Shown here in pieces: positions 47,005-57,324 of a stretch of 64,000 nucleotides of DNA. How positions within the stretch are numbered: position 1 is the first letter of the stretch; each line of letters starts with the position of its first letter. Both the position numbers and the translations under genes were made by a program. The DNA comes from a virus: positions 1 to 64,000 of the IMG/VR virus record IMGVR_UViG_3300021962_000066. One strand, given 5' to 3'. The notes under the pieces are model-generated. The model was given only the letters and a program-made list of their open reading frames with translations. It was not told the origin of the DNA and made no database searches.

Positions 47005-47453
47005 TTGCCTGAAGATCCGAGTCCTTTATCACCGCGAGCAGTTTTTTCAGCGGTGCCCCACTCAACTTCAATATCGAGATTTAGATAAAAAGTAATCTGA
47101 GCACAACGATCACCAACATTAACGGTATAGTCTACATCAGAGAAGTTATATAATTTAACTGCACAGTCGCCGCGGTACTCGCTGTCTACAATGCCAGGGT
47201 GGGTCATAAGACTATGTTTAAAACCTAGACCTGATCTGGATTCAATTTTAAACCAGTAGCCCTTTGGAATGTAACCGACTGTTATACCGACAGGTACTAT
47301 AGCAGAACCTTTCGCCGGAATTAATACCGACTCTGTTGAATATAGGTCGAATCCGGTATCAGTAGCGTTATTTTTTGTAGGTAACTTAGCGTTTTCAGCT
47401 ACTTTTACAAATTTAACCTTAGGCATATAATTTAAATTGCTTATGTTTTCCAT
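47001..47453 (-). CDS. dut: Trimeric dUTPase
   Basis: GFDL, SRSGLG, GIVDSEYRG, GDRCAQ, RGDKGLGSSG motifs; start could be 47426 or 47477. Confidence 0.95.
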   Translation of the reverse strand: MENISNLNYMPKVKFVKVAENAKLPTKNNATDTGFDLYSTESVLIPAKGSAIVPVGITVGYIPKGYWFKIESRSGLGFKHSLMTHPGIVDSEYRGDCAVKLYNFSDVDYTVNVGDRCAQITFYLNLDIEVEWGTAEKTARGDKGLGSSGK

Positions 47454-47526
47454 ATAGTAAATATATGTTAAACTCATTATTGATCAACTTATATTGATTT
47501 GACCGAATAAATAGATAAGTATTGAC

Positions 47527-48006
47527 ATGGATGATGATATAGATCCTGAAATCGGATCCTTGATAGATCAGTTAAGAAATAACAGTATAGCTATTAAAGC
47601 AGTACAGCGTGAACCTGACCTGCTTAAAAAGGAAGACATAGAGATGTTTGTAATTCAAAAAGCTGGTGCACTCGTTGAAGACTCTCTCGAGATGATTCGC
47701 ACAGTTAAAGATTATATTATATCAGCGCCTGATCCAAAAGGTGTTGAATCACTAGCCGGATTAATAACTGCAACCTCATCTGCCATCGAAACTCTTAATA
47801 AATTAATTGTAACTGATAAAAAAACTGCAGCTATGTTTAGGCTAAAAGAGATGGATGCAGATCTCAAGCGGCAGCTAATTGAGGATCAAACAAATTCTAA
47901 AATTAAACTTACCCGGGAGGAGATGCTGAGGCATATAGCGATAGCAGTACAGGAGAAGCAAGTTACCAGCATCGATATTACTTCTGCACCGGTAAAGGAA
48001 TCCTAA
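47527..48006 (+). CDS. Putative terminase small subunit (T4 gp16-like)
   Basis: P..VE.LA.LI......E.L.KL helix pattern and C-terminal TREEML as in gp16-family proteins. Confidence 0.5.
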   Translation: MDDDIDPEIGSLIDQLRNNSIAIKAVQREPDLLKKEDIEMFVIQKAGALVEDSLEMIRTVKDYIISAPDPKGVESLAGLITATSSAIETLNKLIVTDKKTAAMFRLKEMDADLKRQLIEDQTNSKIKLTREEMLRHIAIAVQEKQVTSIDITSAPVKES

Positions 48007-49627
48007 TTTTTGTCCCCGGGTTGCAGGTGAACAAGTCTCTAATTTCCTGTGCCAGCTTTTGAATCTTTTTCTTAATTGCTTTAATAATTGCTGCGATGTC
48101 GGGGATTTTAGGTATAAGAGATAGAATAAATTTAATTATACGTATCTGAACTTCGAGTGCCAACTTAGCAAGTAATTTTTTAATCTTGAAGTTCTTAAAG
48201 AACGGAGGCCATACTGGCGGCCATTGTATCTGAGCAAGCTTTCCTAGTTCGAAAGTCTTCGCAAAATCAATAGCTTTACATACTAGGTCTCGTATTTTAC
48301 GAGCGGTACCAAGAGGAGATTGAATTGCCTGTGCGAAGTTTATACGCGAGAATTCAGGTACCGCCTTACTGATCATTCCGACAAAGCCGAGTAAGCCTTT
48401 AATACCTACTGGCTTCGCTGTTACTGAAGTCTTTGCTTGCGCGCTAACCATAGCCTTACCTTTCGCCGCTTGCTCAGGTGGTACTACTGCTGGTTCCGGT
48501 AGGATGCTTGGTTTTATTGTGCCCTCAGATAGCAGGGCAGATGTATTAATCGGGATTACCTTACCGGATCTAACATTTGTAACTGTTTTAGCAGTATATT
48601 GGGTATTAATATTTTTTTGGTTAATACTTACTACCGGCACTGCGTTACCAGATACTAGCGACTTAGCTATAGTTAAAGAGCTACGAGCAATTTTTAATTT
48701 CTTACCCAGTAGATCTACTAAAACCGGGTTACCCTGAACTTTAATTGTAAATTGATATCTACCAACTGCTGCCGTATTGACCTCATAATCTCGTGAATTA
48801 AATCCGGTGTGGTCATTTATGTTAGAGACGTACGTTACTAATTTAAATACTGCTTGAAATTCATCATCGAGCTTATTAACTATTCCTTCAATATAATTGC
48901 GTGCAAGTGAGTAGGACTGAATATCTGTTATTAAATTCGAGCCATGTGCTTCAGTGCTAGTTGCATATGCTTTCTGTATATTAATAACGTTTTGCCGGAA
49001 CATTGTAGTAGTTAACCTACTTAGCTTATCGGCCACTGCTATAGATGCAGGGCTTAGTTTATTAGCTAGGGTGGCTGGGTATGTTTTAGGGGGTTGATAG
49101 AGAGCACAATTAATATCATTAAACGGTATAACTGAATCCGTTAGCAGGTAGCCGGTATTAGCATAGAGACCTATACTATCACTAAACTTCTCGTAAATAT
49201 TATTTGAGGCTAATGCCAACTCGACTACCTTCTTTACCTCATCCACACTCTGATTATATTTTTTTATCCAAGGAATTAAAAACTGATTGTCTATACTGTA
49301 TACATTAGAGTTAATATTGGTAAAGATATCTGCAGTCGAATTTACAAAATCACTTGAATTCAACGCTCTGTTATATTGGATGTACCTATCAATATGCGAA
49401 GTAAAGTCAGTAAGATTGTCGAGATACGAGGTATATGCTTTTAAGAATTCTATGCTGCTTGTATAATTAGCTTCAGTGAATTCCGGTATAACTGTATACA
49501 CACCGGTATTACTCTCCTCTGCAACTAAAGGATCAACTTTAATGACCTTTACTATATCCTTAGCAGTATTAATACTAAGGACTTTTTTAATACTTTTAGC
49601 AACGTCGATTTTAACAGGAATGCTCAT
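47978..49627 (-). CDS. Hypothetical tail/baseplate protein
   Basis: 549-aa ORF coupled to the hub gene; basic amphipathic C-terminus. Confidence 0.7.
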   Translation of the reverse strand: MSIPVKIDVAKSIKKVLSINTAKDIVKVIKVDPLVAEESNTGVYTVIPEFTEANYTSSIEFLKAYTSYLDNLTDFTSHIDRYIQYNRALNSSDFVNSTADIFTNINSNVYSIDNQFLIPWIKKYNQSVDEVKKVVELALASNNIYEKFSDSIGLYANTGYLLTDSVIPFNDINCALYQPPKTYPATLANKLSPASIAVADKLSRLTTTMFRQNVINIQKAYATSTEAHGSNLITDIQSYSLARNYIEGIVNKLDDEFQAVFKLVTYVSNINDHTGFNSRDYEVNTAAVGRYQFTIKVQGNPVLVDLLGKKLKIARSSLTIAKSLVSGNAVPVVSINQKNINTQYTAKTVTNVRSGKVIPINTSALLSEGTIKPSILPEPAVVPPEQAAKGKAMVSAQAKTSVTAKPVGIKGLLGFVGMISKAVPEFSRINFAQAIQSPLGTARKIRDLVCKAIDFAKTFELGKLAQIQWPPVWPPFFKNFKIKKLLAKLALEVQIRIIKFILSLIPKIPDIAAIIKAIKKKIQKLAQEIRDLFTCNPGTKIRIPLPVQK

Positions 49628-51132
49628 AGTACCAGCTCCGTCTGGTTTAAGTCTTTATAATTATAAGTCTTTACTGCAACCACTTCATTATGATAGTCAC
49701 CAGCTGAGAATATATGATTAACTTTAACTATCATGTAGATGCCTAATAACTTATCATCAAAAGCAGAATCTCTAGTACTATCAGTTCGATCAATCGATAT
49801 AAACTTCCCAGCTTGTCTATATGTAGCACCCGGCAATTTAAAGCTAATAGAGTTATTAAGCATTATCGCATTATATAGAGCCTCATTTCTGCCTACTCCT
49901 AAACGTTGCTTCTTATTATCTTGTGATGTAGAATATACGTTAGATATATTTTGATTAGTATTGCGATAAACGTTGCCTACGAGGTTAGACTGTGGTGCGC
50001 CTCGCTGCCCAAGCATTTTATTAACGTAATTAGAGCTATATACCTTCTTAATATTATCGAAGCTATTAGACTCAGTGTCTACTGCGAAGTCTTTATTACC
50101 GTGCGAGTATGAGTGAACATTATGAGTATTAATACGAGTCTGAGTGAGATTACCGGGCGGCGGTACAAAGCTAAAATTATTAACCGTACCTGCATTACTA
50201 AAGTAAACTGATACTGCTGGTGATCGAGATATAATAGTATTTAACACATTCGGATCAGATCCCTTAAGACCGCCGAGTAGTAGCTTCTCTAAAAATAACG
50301 GGCCACCTGCATTATTAGCAGCATTATATGCATTATCAAAATACTCCTTCATGCTTATTAGGGACCATGCTTTCGGGTACCTGTCAATAGCTAACCAGCA
50401 CTGATCAAAATTATTTGCAGCTGTACTTACGTGCTTCGATAGTAGGTATTCTAGGCAATCGCCAGCCTTGTAGCCTGTAGGCGAACTAAAGAATATATCG
50501 GTCCCGCCTGCATCAAATTTACCGAAAGCGAGTTTAAATCCGTCACTAAGTGGAAAAGTTTGCTTTAATACCTCCTGAATAGCAACACCGGTAGATACAG
50601 TACCAACCTCTTTATTGTTACTAAACGCGCCCTTACCCAGCTTGGCAGTTGAAAAATTAATGTTCTTTTCTAACAGAATCTGGTGATATAAGTCCCAGAA
50701 GTATAGTTTTTTAAATTTCAGAGAGGGGTTATCTGTCTCTATTTCCTCAATATTATAGACAATAAAATCATAATTTAAGGAAAACATAGCCTTTGTTTTT
50801 TCGTTTGCCTGCGAGCTATTTTTGGTGTTAATCTTAGGCGTTATAGATATTCTCAAGGCATCGCGTGAGTCTCCTCTAAATAGATAACTCTTACCGTCTT
50901 GACCTGGCCTCTCGAGTAGATCGTGGTCATTCTTAACTACAATATAACCAGATACGTAATATTCATTCATCGAGTCTTCGATCTGAAGAGCCTCGATGCC
51001 TTCAGATCTAAATACAAACGCTTTACCCTCAGGATTATGTAGGGTCACATAGAAATCATATAGATCGCTTCCGTACTGTACGGTACCGAAATCTGCAGAC
51101 TGCGCGCTACTCTTAAGAAGTCCATCAATCAT
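49624..51132 (-). CDS. Baseplate hub protein (gp27-like)
   Basis: L.IEDS...YVSG.I, C-terminal LPG...RQAG.FI...G.Y.I.KV.H.F. Confidence 0.7.
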   Translation of the reverse strand: MIDGLLKSSAQSADFGTVQYGSDLYDFYVTLHNPEGKAFVFRSEGIEALQIEDSMNEYYVSGYIVVKNDHDLLERPGQDGKSYLFRGDSRDALRISITPKINTKNSSQANEKTKAMFSLNYDFIVYNIEEIETDNPSLKFKKLYFWDLYHQILLEKNINFSTAKLGKGAFSNNKEVGTVSTGVAIQEVLKQTFPLSDGFKLAFGKFDAGGTDIFFSSPTGYKAGDCLEYLLSKHVSTAANNFDQCWLAIDRYPKAWSLISMKEYFDNAYNAANNAGGPLFLEKLLLGGLKGSDPNVLNTIISRSPAVSVYFSNAGTVNNFSFVPPPGNLTQTRINTHNVHSYSHGNKDFAVDTESNSFDNIKKVYSSNYVNKMLGQRGAPQSNLVGNVYRNTNQNISNVYSTSQDNKKQRLGVGRNEALYNAIMLNNSISFKLPGATYRQAGKFISIDRTDSTRDSAFDDKLLGIYMIVKVNHIFSAGDYHNEVVAVKTYNYKDLNQTELVL

Positions 51133-51482
51133 AGAGTGTTTAATATGTCACTAATAACTAGCCTTATATATTCCGGTTTAAGTATCTTAATTGTACCTGA
51201 AGGTACTTGGGTAGGGTCTTTAATCTTATTTAGTATAACAATGAGCCACCACAAGTCTATCGTACCGTATGCGGTATAGCTAACTGTTGTCCAGGGCATC
51301 TTTTCATTTACTACAATTGTATAATATACGTTCTTATCTATATTGTCAGGAATGGTAACCTTATTTAAAATGTTATAGTAGTATCCACCATTTTTCTGCT
51401 GATACATTTTAAATATGTTTTCATATCTATAATCCGTTAAGGACGGTAGAGCAGCTATATTATTTTGATATTCGCCAGGCAT
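51129..51482 (-). CDS. gp53: Baseplate wedge subunit (gp53-like, LysM-like)
   Basis: VSY.AYG..DLWWLI..LN.I.DP motif. Confidence 0.85.
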   Translation of the reverse strand: MPGEYQNNIAALPSLTDYRYENIFKMYQQKNGGYYYNILNKVTIPDNIDKNVYYTIVVNEKMPWTTVSYTAYGTIDLWWLIVILNKIKDPTQVPSGTIKILKPEYIRLVISDILNTL

Positions 51483-51486
51483 AAAG

Positions 51487-52803
51487 TTAAGCTATACCGT
51501 TTACTCTATTAACAATCTCCTGTGCATTGTCAGGGAGGATATTTTTAAGAACAGCCTGGTTTATTTTATTTTTTATGTCGTCTACTTGTACTGGTTGATC
51601 GTTTACTAGAGAATACATAAAGTTTTTACTGTCTGTAACTAACCCCTGCAATGTTATTGATATCTCGTATGCCTCGGGTACGATTGTCTGAAAGTTAGTA
51701 GTGATATTAGATATCCCACCGCCGCTTTTTATCGAAGCTGGTACGTTAATTTTCATCATTCTCCGGGTACCTTTGTAGGCAACTCCCAATGACGATATAA
51801 AACTGAAGGGCATATATTTTACGCCAGGAATAGTCACTTCATAGAGAGGAGGTGGCTCAATAAGATTGCGATTAATTCTTTCCGGCTTATTGTTATAGAG
51901 TAGTAGAAATATAAACTGCCAGTTACGTACGACGTCCTCGTAAGTTGCACTACCGGTATTAATGAGAGGAAATTTTAAAGTAATACTCTCTCCAGTTTTG
52001 GAGTACTGATAGTACTGACTATTCTCAACATAGGTCCCTAAACCGATCACCGATCCTGCAATATCGTTCACTAGGCTTTGTACACCTTGAGTAAATCCGA
52101 GTATATTACTAGCCAGTAATCCGCCTGCAATAGTAGTATCAGATGACGCTCCCCAGCCATTAGTAGCACTTTGATTATAATCCTCAAAGTATGGTAGGAC
52201 AAACTGCCACCCGGTTGGTTCAGTTATATATAACCCCCTATACCAGTGTAAATAGTTTTGATTTAAAAAGTTAGGATCGTCACCTATAACTGCCTCTAAC
52301 TCCCCTCTTATTCTATCAGATAGAGATTCGGAATTTATACTTGTGCTGCCTAATCCAAGCTGTTGAGCTGTCTGGGTCTTGCTAAACGCACTAATAGCTT
52401 GACCTACACCGCCTGCTACTTTAGTAAATAATTCGGTTGTTAATTTACCTACATCCACCGGATTAGTTGATGAACTTATTCCAAAAAGTCGTGCAAGATC
52501 CTTACCACCGTCAGCAGCGCCACCTACAGAATATAAAGCCTGTGCAATTAATGAATTAACCTTTAGTCGTCTTTCCTTTAACTTAACATAGGGAGCTTGA
52601 TCTCTACCAGTATCACTAGTACGCTTCTTTGAGTTTGTCCATAAGAAACCATTTAGTACGTTAACGATATCGCCGCCACCACCGCCGGAGCCGGCGAACT
52701 GACCTATATTTTGATAGGTATTACCGTTTGGCGAAGTTATCGTGGGCAGTGTAAACTTTGACGAACTTCTTTCAAACGCAAATTGCCATAGATTTGAGGC
52801 CAT
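51487..52803 (-). CDS. Baseplate tail-tube cap (gp48-like)
   Basis: F.L.N..., PPPLY.V.IPG, .I.SL.V.Y.G, VPEAY.I.I.L motifs; position upstream of gp53. Confidence 0.6.
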   Translation of the reverse strand: MASNLWQFAFERSSSKFTLPTITSPNGNTYQNIGQFAGSGGGGGDIVNVLNGFLWTNSKKRTSDTGRDQAPYVKLKERRLKVNSLIAQALYSVGGAADGGKDLARLFGISSSTNPVDVGKLTTELFTKVAGGVGQAISAFSKTQTAQQLGLGSTSINSESLSDRIRGELEAVIGDDPNFLNQNYLHWYRGLYITEPTGWQFVLPYFEDYNQSATNGWGASSDTTIAGGLLASNILGFTQGVQSLVNDIAGSVIGLGTYVENSQYYQYSKTGESITLKFPLINTGSATYEDVVRNWQFIFLLLYNNKPERINRNLIEPPPLYEVTIPGVKYMPFSFISSLGVAYKGTRRMMKINVPASIKSGGGISNITTNFQTIVPEAYEISITLQGLVTDSKNFMYSLVNDQPVQVDDIKNKINQAVLKNILPDNAQEIVNRVNGIA

Positions 52804-52814
52804 ATAGTTATTTA

Positions 52815-54404
52815 TTATCCTACGCCCTGTCTAAAAAGAGACTGTAGAGGAGATGTACTATACGATAACGATGTAGTCTTAGGTGCATTAACTATTGTAG
52901 TATTGCCGGGTTTCTGCATAGCACTACAACCTAGCTCAACTAGTAATTTGTTGGTACCGACAAGTAGTTCTATGATCCTTGTATTCTGAGTAACAGATGT
53001 TTTCTGTAGAGCAAGAGACTCCTTCGATACAAAATTGATCGGTCCATCAGACTTATAACCTAATACATCATCAGTACTATCAAACCGCTGTGTAGGCTGA
53101 CCCGGTCTACTTATAAAGTCATTTGCGGTATCTGTCGGCTGAGGGCTGGGGACAAGCTTTTGATCCTCAAGCTTTTTATCCTTACGGGCAGCAAGTATAC
53201 CCTTCAGACGCTTAATATTTTCATTTGCCTCAGCCTGATCCTCACCACCGTTTTTAGCCTTACGAGCAGCATCTATACCCATCAGACGCTTCATATTTTT
53301 ATCTGCCTCATCCTGGTCCTTACCACCGGCCCTCTCTACCCCCAATCTCCCATGAAGAAACTTGGGTATCACGCTTCTCACAATACCCTTTGCAAGGTCT
53401 TCAAGTGACTCTATAAAGGATATATAGATGTCCCCAATCATTGCTTCGAATTGTAGTTTCTTTTTTTCAAAAGCATTTTTTATAGGTTCAACTACATACT
53501 CTTTCCATATACACTCAAAAAACGGTGCTACATTGTTCTTCCAAAACTCGACAAGTTCTGGTTTAATATCTGTTTTCCAGGTATCCGTTATGGATTTCCA
53601 AACGCCTTTAAAAAAACAAACTAAACCACCCCAGATCTTAAGTATATCTGTCTTCCACTCAGGCCAGTTATCCGTTATGGATTTCCAAACGCCTTTAAAA
53701 AAACAAACTAAACCACCCCAGATCTTAAGTATATTTGTCTTCCACTTAGGCCAGTTATCCGCTATGGATTTCCAAACGCCTTTAAAAAAACAAACTAAAC
53801 CACCCCAGATCTTAAGTATATTTGTCTTCCACTTAGGCCAGTTATCCGCTATGGATTTCCAAACGCCTTTAAAAAAAAAAACTGCAGACTTAAAAAACTT
53901 TCCGACTACGTCAGGTAGTGTTTTAGTAAGAAATTTGACTATACTTTTCAGTGCAGGTCCGAGGAGAGGGGTAATATACTTGGTTATAAACCCAGTAACC
54001 GTCTTAAACATATCAATTAGAAACGGGAATACCTTATCCTTTATAAAAGGTAAGAGAAACTTTAATAATACTGCGCCAATAGCAATGCCTCCCAGAATTT
54101 TTAAAAGCTTACCAAAGAAACTGCCTCCATCTTCCTTTTTTTCAGCTACCGCTTTATCTGTCTTTGTACTAGAGGCCTTATTGGAGAGGTCGCTCAAGAA
54201 TTTTTTACCTTCATTACTGTAGCTCTCTATCCGAACCGATGTTACTTTCTTGACGATTTCGCGCGGCTCTTTTGGCTTTGTCTCAGCAAATTGCTCTTTA
54301 CTGTCATCAGATAGTTTTTTCCGCTGAGGCTCCGCTTCAGAGCTAGGCAGCTTTGAAAGGAGCTGTATTACTTTGTCTAACCTTGCTACTACTGCATCAT
54401 TCAT
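52815..54404 (-). CDS. Putative tape measure/baseplate hub (gp29-like) protein with internal repeats
   Basis: Hydrophobic segment plus Trp/Phe-periodic helical repeats; C-terminal NTTIVN; position between gp26-like and gp48-like genes. Confidence 0.65.
   Translation of the reverse strand: MNDAVVARLDKVIQLLSKLPSSEAEPQRKKLSDDSKEQFAETKPKEPREIVKKVTSVRIESYSNEGKKFLSDLSNKASSTKTDKAVAEKKEDGGSFFGKLLKILGGIAIGAVLLKFLLPFIKDKVFPFLIDMFKTVTGFITKYITPLLGPALKSIVKFLTKTLPDVVGKFFKSAVFFFKGVWKSIADNWPKWKTNILKIWGGLVCFFKGVWKSIADNWPKWKTNILKIWGGLVCFFKGVWKSITDNWPEWKTDILKIWGGLVCFFKGVWKSITDTWKTDIKPELVEFWKNNVAPFFECIWKEYVVEPIKNAFEKKKLQFEAMIGDIYISFIESLEDLAKGIVRSVIPKFLHGRLGVERAGGKDQDEADKNMKRLMGIDAARKAKNGGEDQAEANENIKRLKGILAARKDKKLEDQKLVPSPQPTDTANDFISRPGQPTQRFDSTDDVLGYKSDGPINFVSKESLALQKTSVTQNTRIIELLVGTNKLLVELGCSAMQKPGNTTIVNAPKTTSLSYSTSPLQSLFRQGVG
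53584..53877. repeat. 87-bp intragenic tandem repeat (about 3.4 copies)
   Basis: Units start at 53584, 53671, 53758, 53845; encode FFKGVWKSI(A/T)DNWP(K/E)WKT(N/D)ILKIWGGLVC. Confidence 0.95.
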
Positions 54405-54429
54405 CACTATTATTTAATAGTGACACGGA

Positions 54430-55167
54430 CTATGTAGTAAAGAACCCCTGATTAATGTCGATTTCGATAGTATCGTCGTCAATTTTCAGTAGAGTTGCTT
54501 CAAATTCCTTGACTTTATTAATATATTCAACAATTTTATTGTACAAACTAGCAGGCAAACTCTCTAAGAGTTGAAACTGCTGCTTAACAGCGAGATCTGA
54601 CATAATAATATCTACACCCAAAGCAGGGCTGTGTATTTTTTGTACATACTTTAATACTTCATAGATAAACAGTTCACCAAGTAAATCTGACGATTTTTTA
54701 GTATCATCTGCTGATTTAAGTAGAACTGTGTTGTATACTGTGTCTAGTTGAAGGTTAGGTATCTTACAATATACAGTTAAATCTGTAGTTTCAATTGTTT
54801 GCTGTTTTAACGAATCAGCAATAATTACTCTATTTTTTGCTAGTTGGAGAAGGTTATACGTCTTTTCTTTGTATATATACGTAGGCGATATAGTAGCCGC
54901 ACGTAGTTGAGCAATAATATAGTTTCTATCAGAGACTAGAAACTCACACTTAGTGATACTATTAGTAAGCAGGATGCTATTAATAGTATCGAGAAGCGAT
55001 ACCATATTCAGTTTATTATCTGCTGCTGTCTTTATTAAGTCTTTCTGTTGTTTAGCAGTAAGGGATTTAAAGACTACAGAAACATTAGCAGAGGGTACAA
55101 ACAACTCTGTTCGTTGATTGTCAGTAATGGCCTTAACAGACGTTAAAATTTGATTAAAATCGTTCAT
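54430..55167 (-). CDS. Baseplate hub assembly protein (gp26-like)
   Basis: LFVPS....V.FK.LT.KQQK.L, D..YI..QLRA motif. Confidence 0.7.
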   Translation of the reverse strand: MNDFNQILTSVKAITDNQRTELFVPSANVSVVFKSLTAKQQKDLIKTAADNKLNMVSLLDTINSILLTNSITKCEFLVSDRNYIIAQLRAATISPTYIYKEKTYNLLQLAKNRVIIADSLKQQTIETTDLTVYCKIPNLQLDTVYNTVLLKSADDTKKSSDLLGELFIYEVLKYVQKIHSPALGVDIIMSDLAVKQQFQLLESLPASLYNKIVEYINKVKEFEATLLKIDDDTIEIDINQGFFTT

Positions 55168-55199
55168 TTGTTTTTACTTATTAATATAAATCGGTTAAA

Positions 55200-55997
55200 T
55201 CAAGCAGGTCGAATCGGTATACTCGACTGAGGCTCTTGATTAGCACTACGCTGCTCTTCGACAAAGCTACTGAACATATCAACCTCTGCAGGCGGTAGAT
55301 CTACGATATAGCTCGTATCCACCTCCAAGCTATTGGAGATATTAACGACCTTCTTAAAGCAATTAATAATGTTTGCAGTATATAATACCTTAACTAACTC
55401 GAACAGAGAACCACCCATATAGCTGCATTCAATCTTAGTGCCAGCTATACTAAATTGTATTTTACTCAACTCTTCCTCTATCACGGTAATATACTGAGCG
55501 ACTAGCTCGTTAGTATTAGCTGGCAGGCTATTATATAGCTGACATCTTTCGTCTGGAAGAAGAGTACGACTAATACCGTCAATAATGATAGCGTGTATAA
55601 AATCCTCTTTATTAATATCAATAAATTTAGCAGGGGTTTTGATAATAATACTAATATTATCAGATATTAATATTACTTGAGGAGTTACATTTAGAGTAGA
55701 CAATGACTGCAACAATCCATATAAATCTATCTCAGTTACAGTGTTACCTGAAGTAAGCTTGAGGGTACCTCCCACTGACAGTACTCTCATAAAAATAAGA
55801 ACTACGAGAGCATCTAAACCTGCAAGATTAAGACTATTAGAATACTTTGCAGCCAGTTCTATATAACAATCTTGTATATGGGCGTTTACTCCATTCTGTA
55901 TAAACTTATTAGCCGTGATATAATCAGCAAACGTAAACTGTCTGACCTTAGCAGCAGTCTTACTCTCCGGCAGTGCTATCTCACTATAAAACTTCAT
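55200..55997 (-). CDS. Baseplate hub assembly protein (gp26/gp51-like)
   Basis: D...L..MR.LSVG..L motif and C-terminal YI..L.P.E...F; start moved to MKFYSE. Confidence 0.55.
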   Translation of the reverse strand: MKFYSEIALPESKTAAKVRQFTFADYITANKFIQNGVNAHIQDCYIELAAKYSNSLNLAGLDALVVLIFMRVLSVGGTLKLTSGNTVTEIDLYGLLQSLSTLNVTPQVILISDNISIIIKTPAKFIDINKEDFIHAIIIDGISRTLLPDERCQLYNSLPANTNELVAQYITVIEEELSKIQFSIAGTKIECSYMGGSLFELVKVLYTANIINCFKKVVNISNSLEVDTSYIVDLPPAEVDMFSSFVEEQRSANQEPQSSIPIRPA

Positions 55998-56019
55998 ACA
56001 GCAATATAAATATATACAC

Positions 56020-56580
56020 ATGAATAGCGATAGTCAACTTATCTGGGAGGCTTACACAACTGCAAACGAAGGCATCCTCAACACAGCAGGCCACATTGCA
56101 TTGGATGTAGGCGGAGCAGTAGCTGGTCCGATAGGTGGCTTAATCGGTAGCGCAACTGGCGCGGCTGTCGGTGAGACTATAGGAGCAGGTTTTGATCTTA
56201 CAAACGCGATATGGTATGCAACGGAGGGCGAGTATCTAAATGCTGCTTTATCGGTAATTTCGTTGATACCTGTAGTAGGCGATGCTGTCGGTAAAGGTGG
56301 CAGGCTTGCAATTTATCTTGCAAAAGCAGCTAAGACAGTTAAACCTCTGGGAGCTGCCGGTAGAGTAGCAGCTAAAGGTATTATTAAAGGCAGGCGGGCT
56401 GTTGTAACAGTAAGTCCTAAGATAGCAAAAATACAGCAGGTTATTAAAACTAACAAAGTTCTCATAGACGGAGCTCTCGACCAAGCTAGTAAAAATGAAA
56501 AACTCCGGCCGTACGTAGGAAAAATAAAATCCGCTTTACAAGCATTTACAGGGGAATCGGTACATACTTTGGAAAAATGA
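56020..56580 (+). CDS. Late protein with pre-toxin (PT-TG)-like hydrophobic hairpin, paralog 1
   Basis: LDVGG...FDLTNAIWY..EG.Y.NAALS.ISLIPVVGD; TATAAATA promoter; DSQLIWEAY tag. Confidence 0.75.
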   Translation: MNSDSQLIWEAYTTANEGILNTAGHIALDVGGAVAGPIGGLIGSATGAAVGETIGAGFDLTNAIWYATEGEYLNAALSVISLIPVVGDAVGKGGRLAIYLAKAAKTVKPLGAAGRVAAKGIIKGRRAVVTVSPKIAKIQQVIKTNKVLIDGALDQASKNEKLRPYVGKIKSALQAFTGESVHTLEK

Positions 56581-56732
56581 CAGAAATAATAGAAAAAGAA
56601 CGTAATCAAACTATTTATACGTTAATGGGAGAAGGGGGTTGTTGTTTTGCAGGATCTGACCATCTTATTGAACTCAAACAACAGTTTCCGAGATTAAGCA
56701 CAATCGACATAAATAATATTATATATGAATAG
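56577..56732 (+). CDS. Possible 51-aa protein between the paralogs (not in ORF track)
   Basis: ATGA overlap; MTEIIEKERNQTIYTLMGEGGCCFAGSDHLIELKQQFPRLSTIDINNIIYE*. Confidence 0.35.
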   Translation: MTEIIEKERNQTIYTLMGEGGCCFAGSDHLIELKQQFPRLSTIDINNIIYE

Positions 56733-57324
56733 CGATAGTCAACTTATCTGGGAGGCTTACACAACTGCAAACGAAGGCATCCTCAACACAGCAGGCCACA
56801 TTGCATTGGATGTAGGTGGAGTCGTAGCAGATGCTGGATTCGGTGCTGGAGCAGCCTTTGATCTTACTAACGCGATATGGTATGCAACAGAGGGCGAATA
56901 TCTAAATGCAGCTTTATCGTTAATTTCGATGATACCTGTAGTAGGCGATGCTGTCGGTAAAGGTGGCAGGCTTGCAATTTATCTTGCAAAAGCAGCTAAG
57001 ACAGTTAAACCTCTGGGAGCTACTGGTAGAGTAGCAGCTAAAGGTATTATTAAAGGCAGGCGGGCTGTTGTAACAGTAAGTCCTAAGATAACCAAAATAC
57101 AACAGGCTATTAAATCTAACAAAGGTCTCATAGACGGAGCTCTCGACCAAGCTAGTAAAAATGAAAAACTCCGGCCGTACGTAGGAAAAATAAAATCCGC
57201 TTTACAAGCATTTACAGGGGAATCGGTACCTCCTATGCCGACTCCTCCTCAGACTCCTATCCAATCTCCAGCGCAGGCACAGGTTGCTACTCAAATGCCT
57301 GCACCTGCGCAGGCAGCTGCTTAA
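56725..57324 (+). CDS. Late protein with pre-toxin (PT-TG)-like hydrophobic hairpin, paralog 2
   Basis: Near-identical DNA to 56020-56580, with a different Gly/Ala segment and a Pro/Gln/Ala tail. Confidence 0.75.
   Translation: MNSDSQLIWEAYTTANEGILNTAGHIALDVGGVVADAGFGAGAAFDLTNAIWYATEGEYLNAALSLISMIPVVGDAVGKGGRLAIYLAKAAKTVKPLGATGRVAAKGIIKGRRAVVTVSPKITKIQQAIKSNKGLIDGALDQASKNEKLRPYVGKIKSALQAFTGESVPPMPTPPQTPIQSPAQAQVATQMPAPAQAAA

Noticed and set aside
53428-54222. 264-aa plus-strand ORF with repeats
   Set aside because: Antisense shadow of the tape-measure-like gene; its repeats simply mirror the 87-bp unit
56020-57324. Duplicated gene as DGR template/variable repeat
   Set aside because: Differences are not restricted to adenines, include an indel block, and no reverse transcriptase is present in the window
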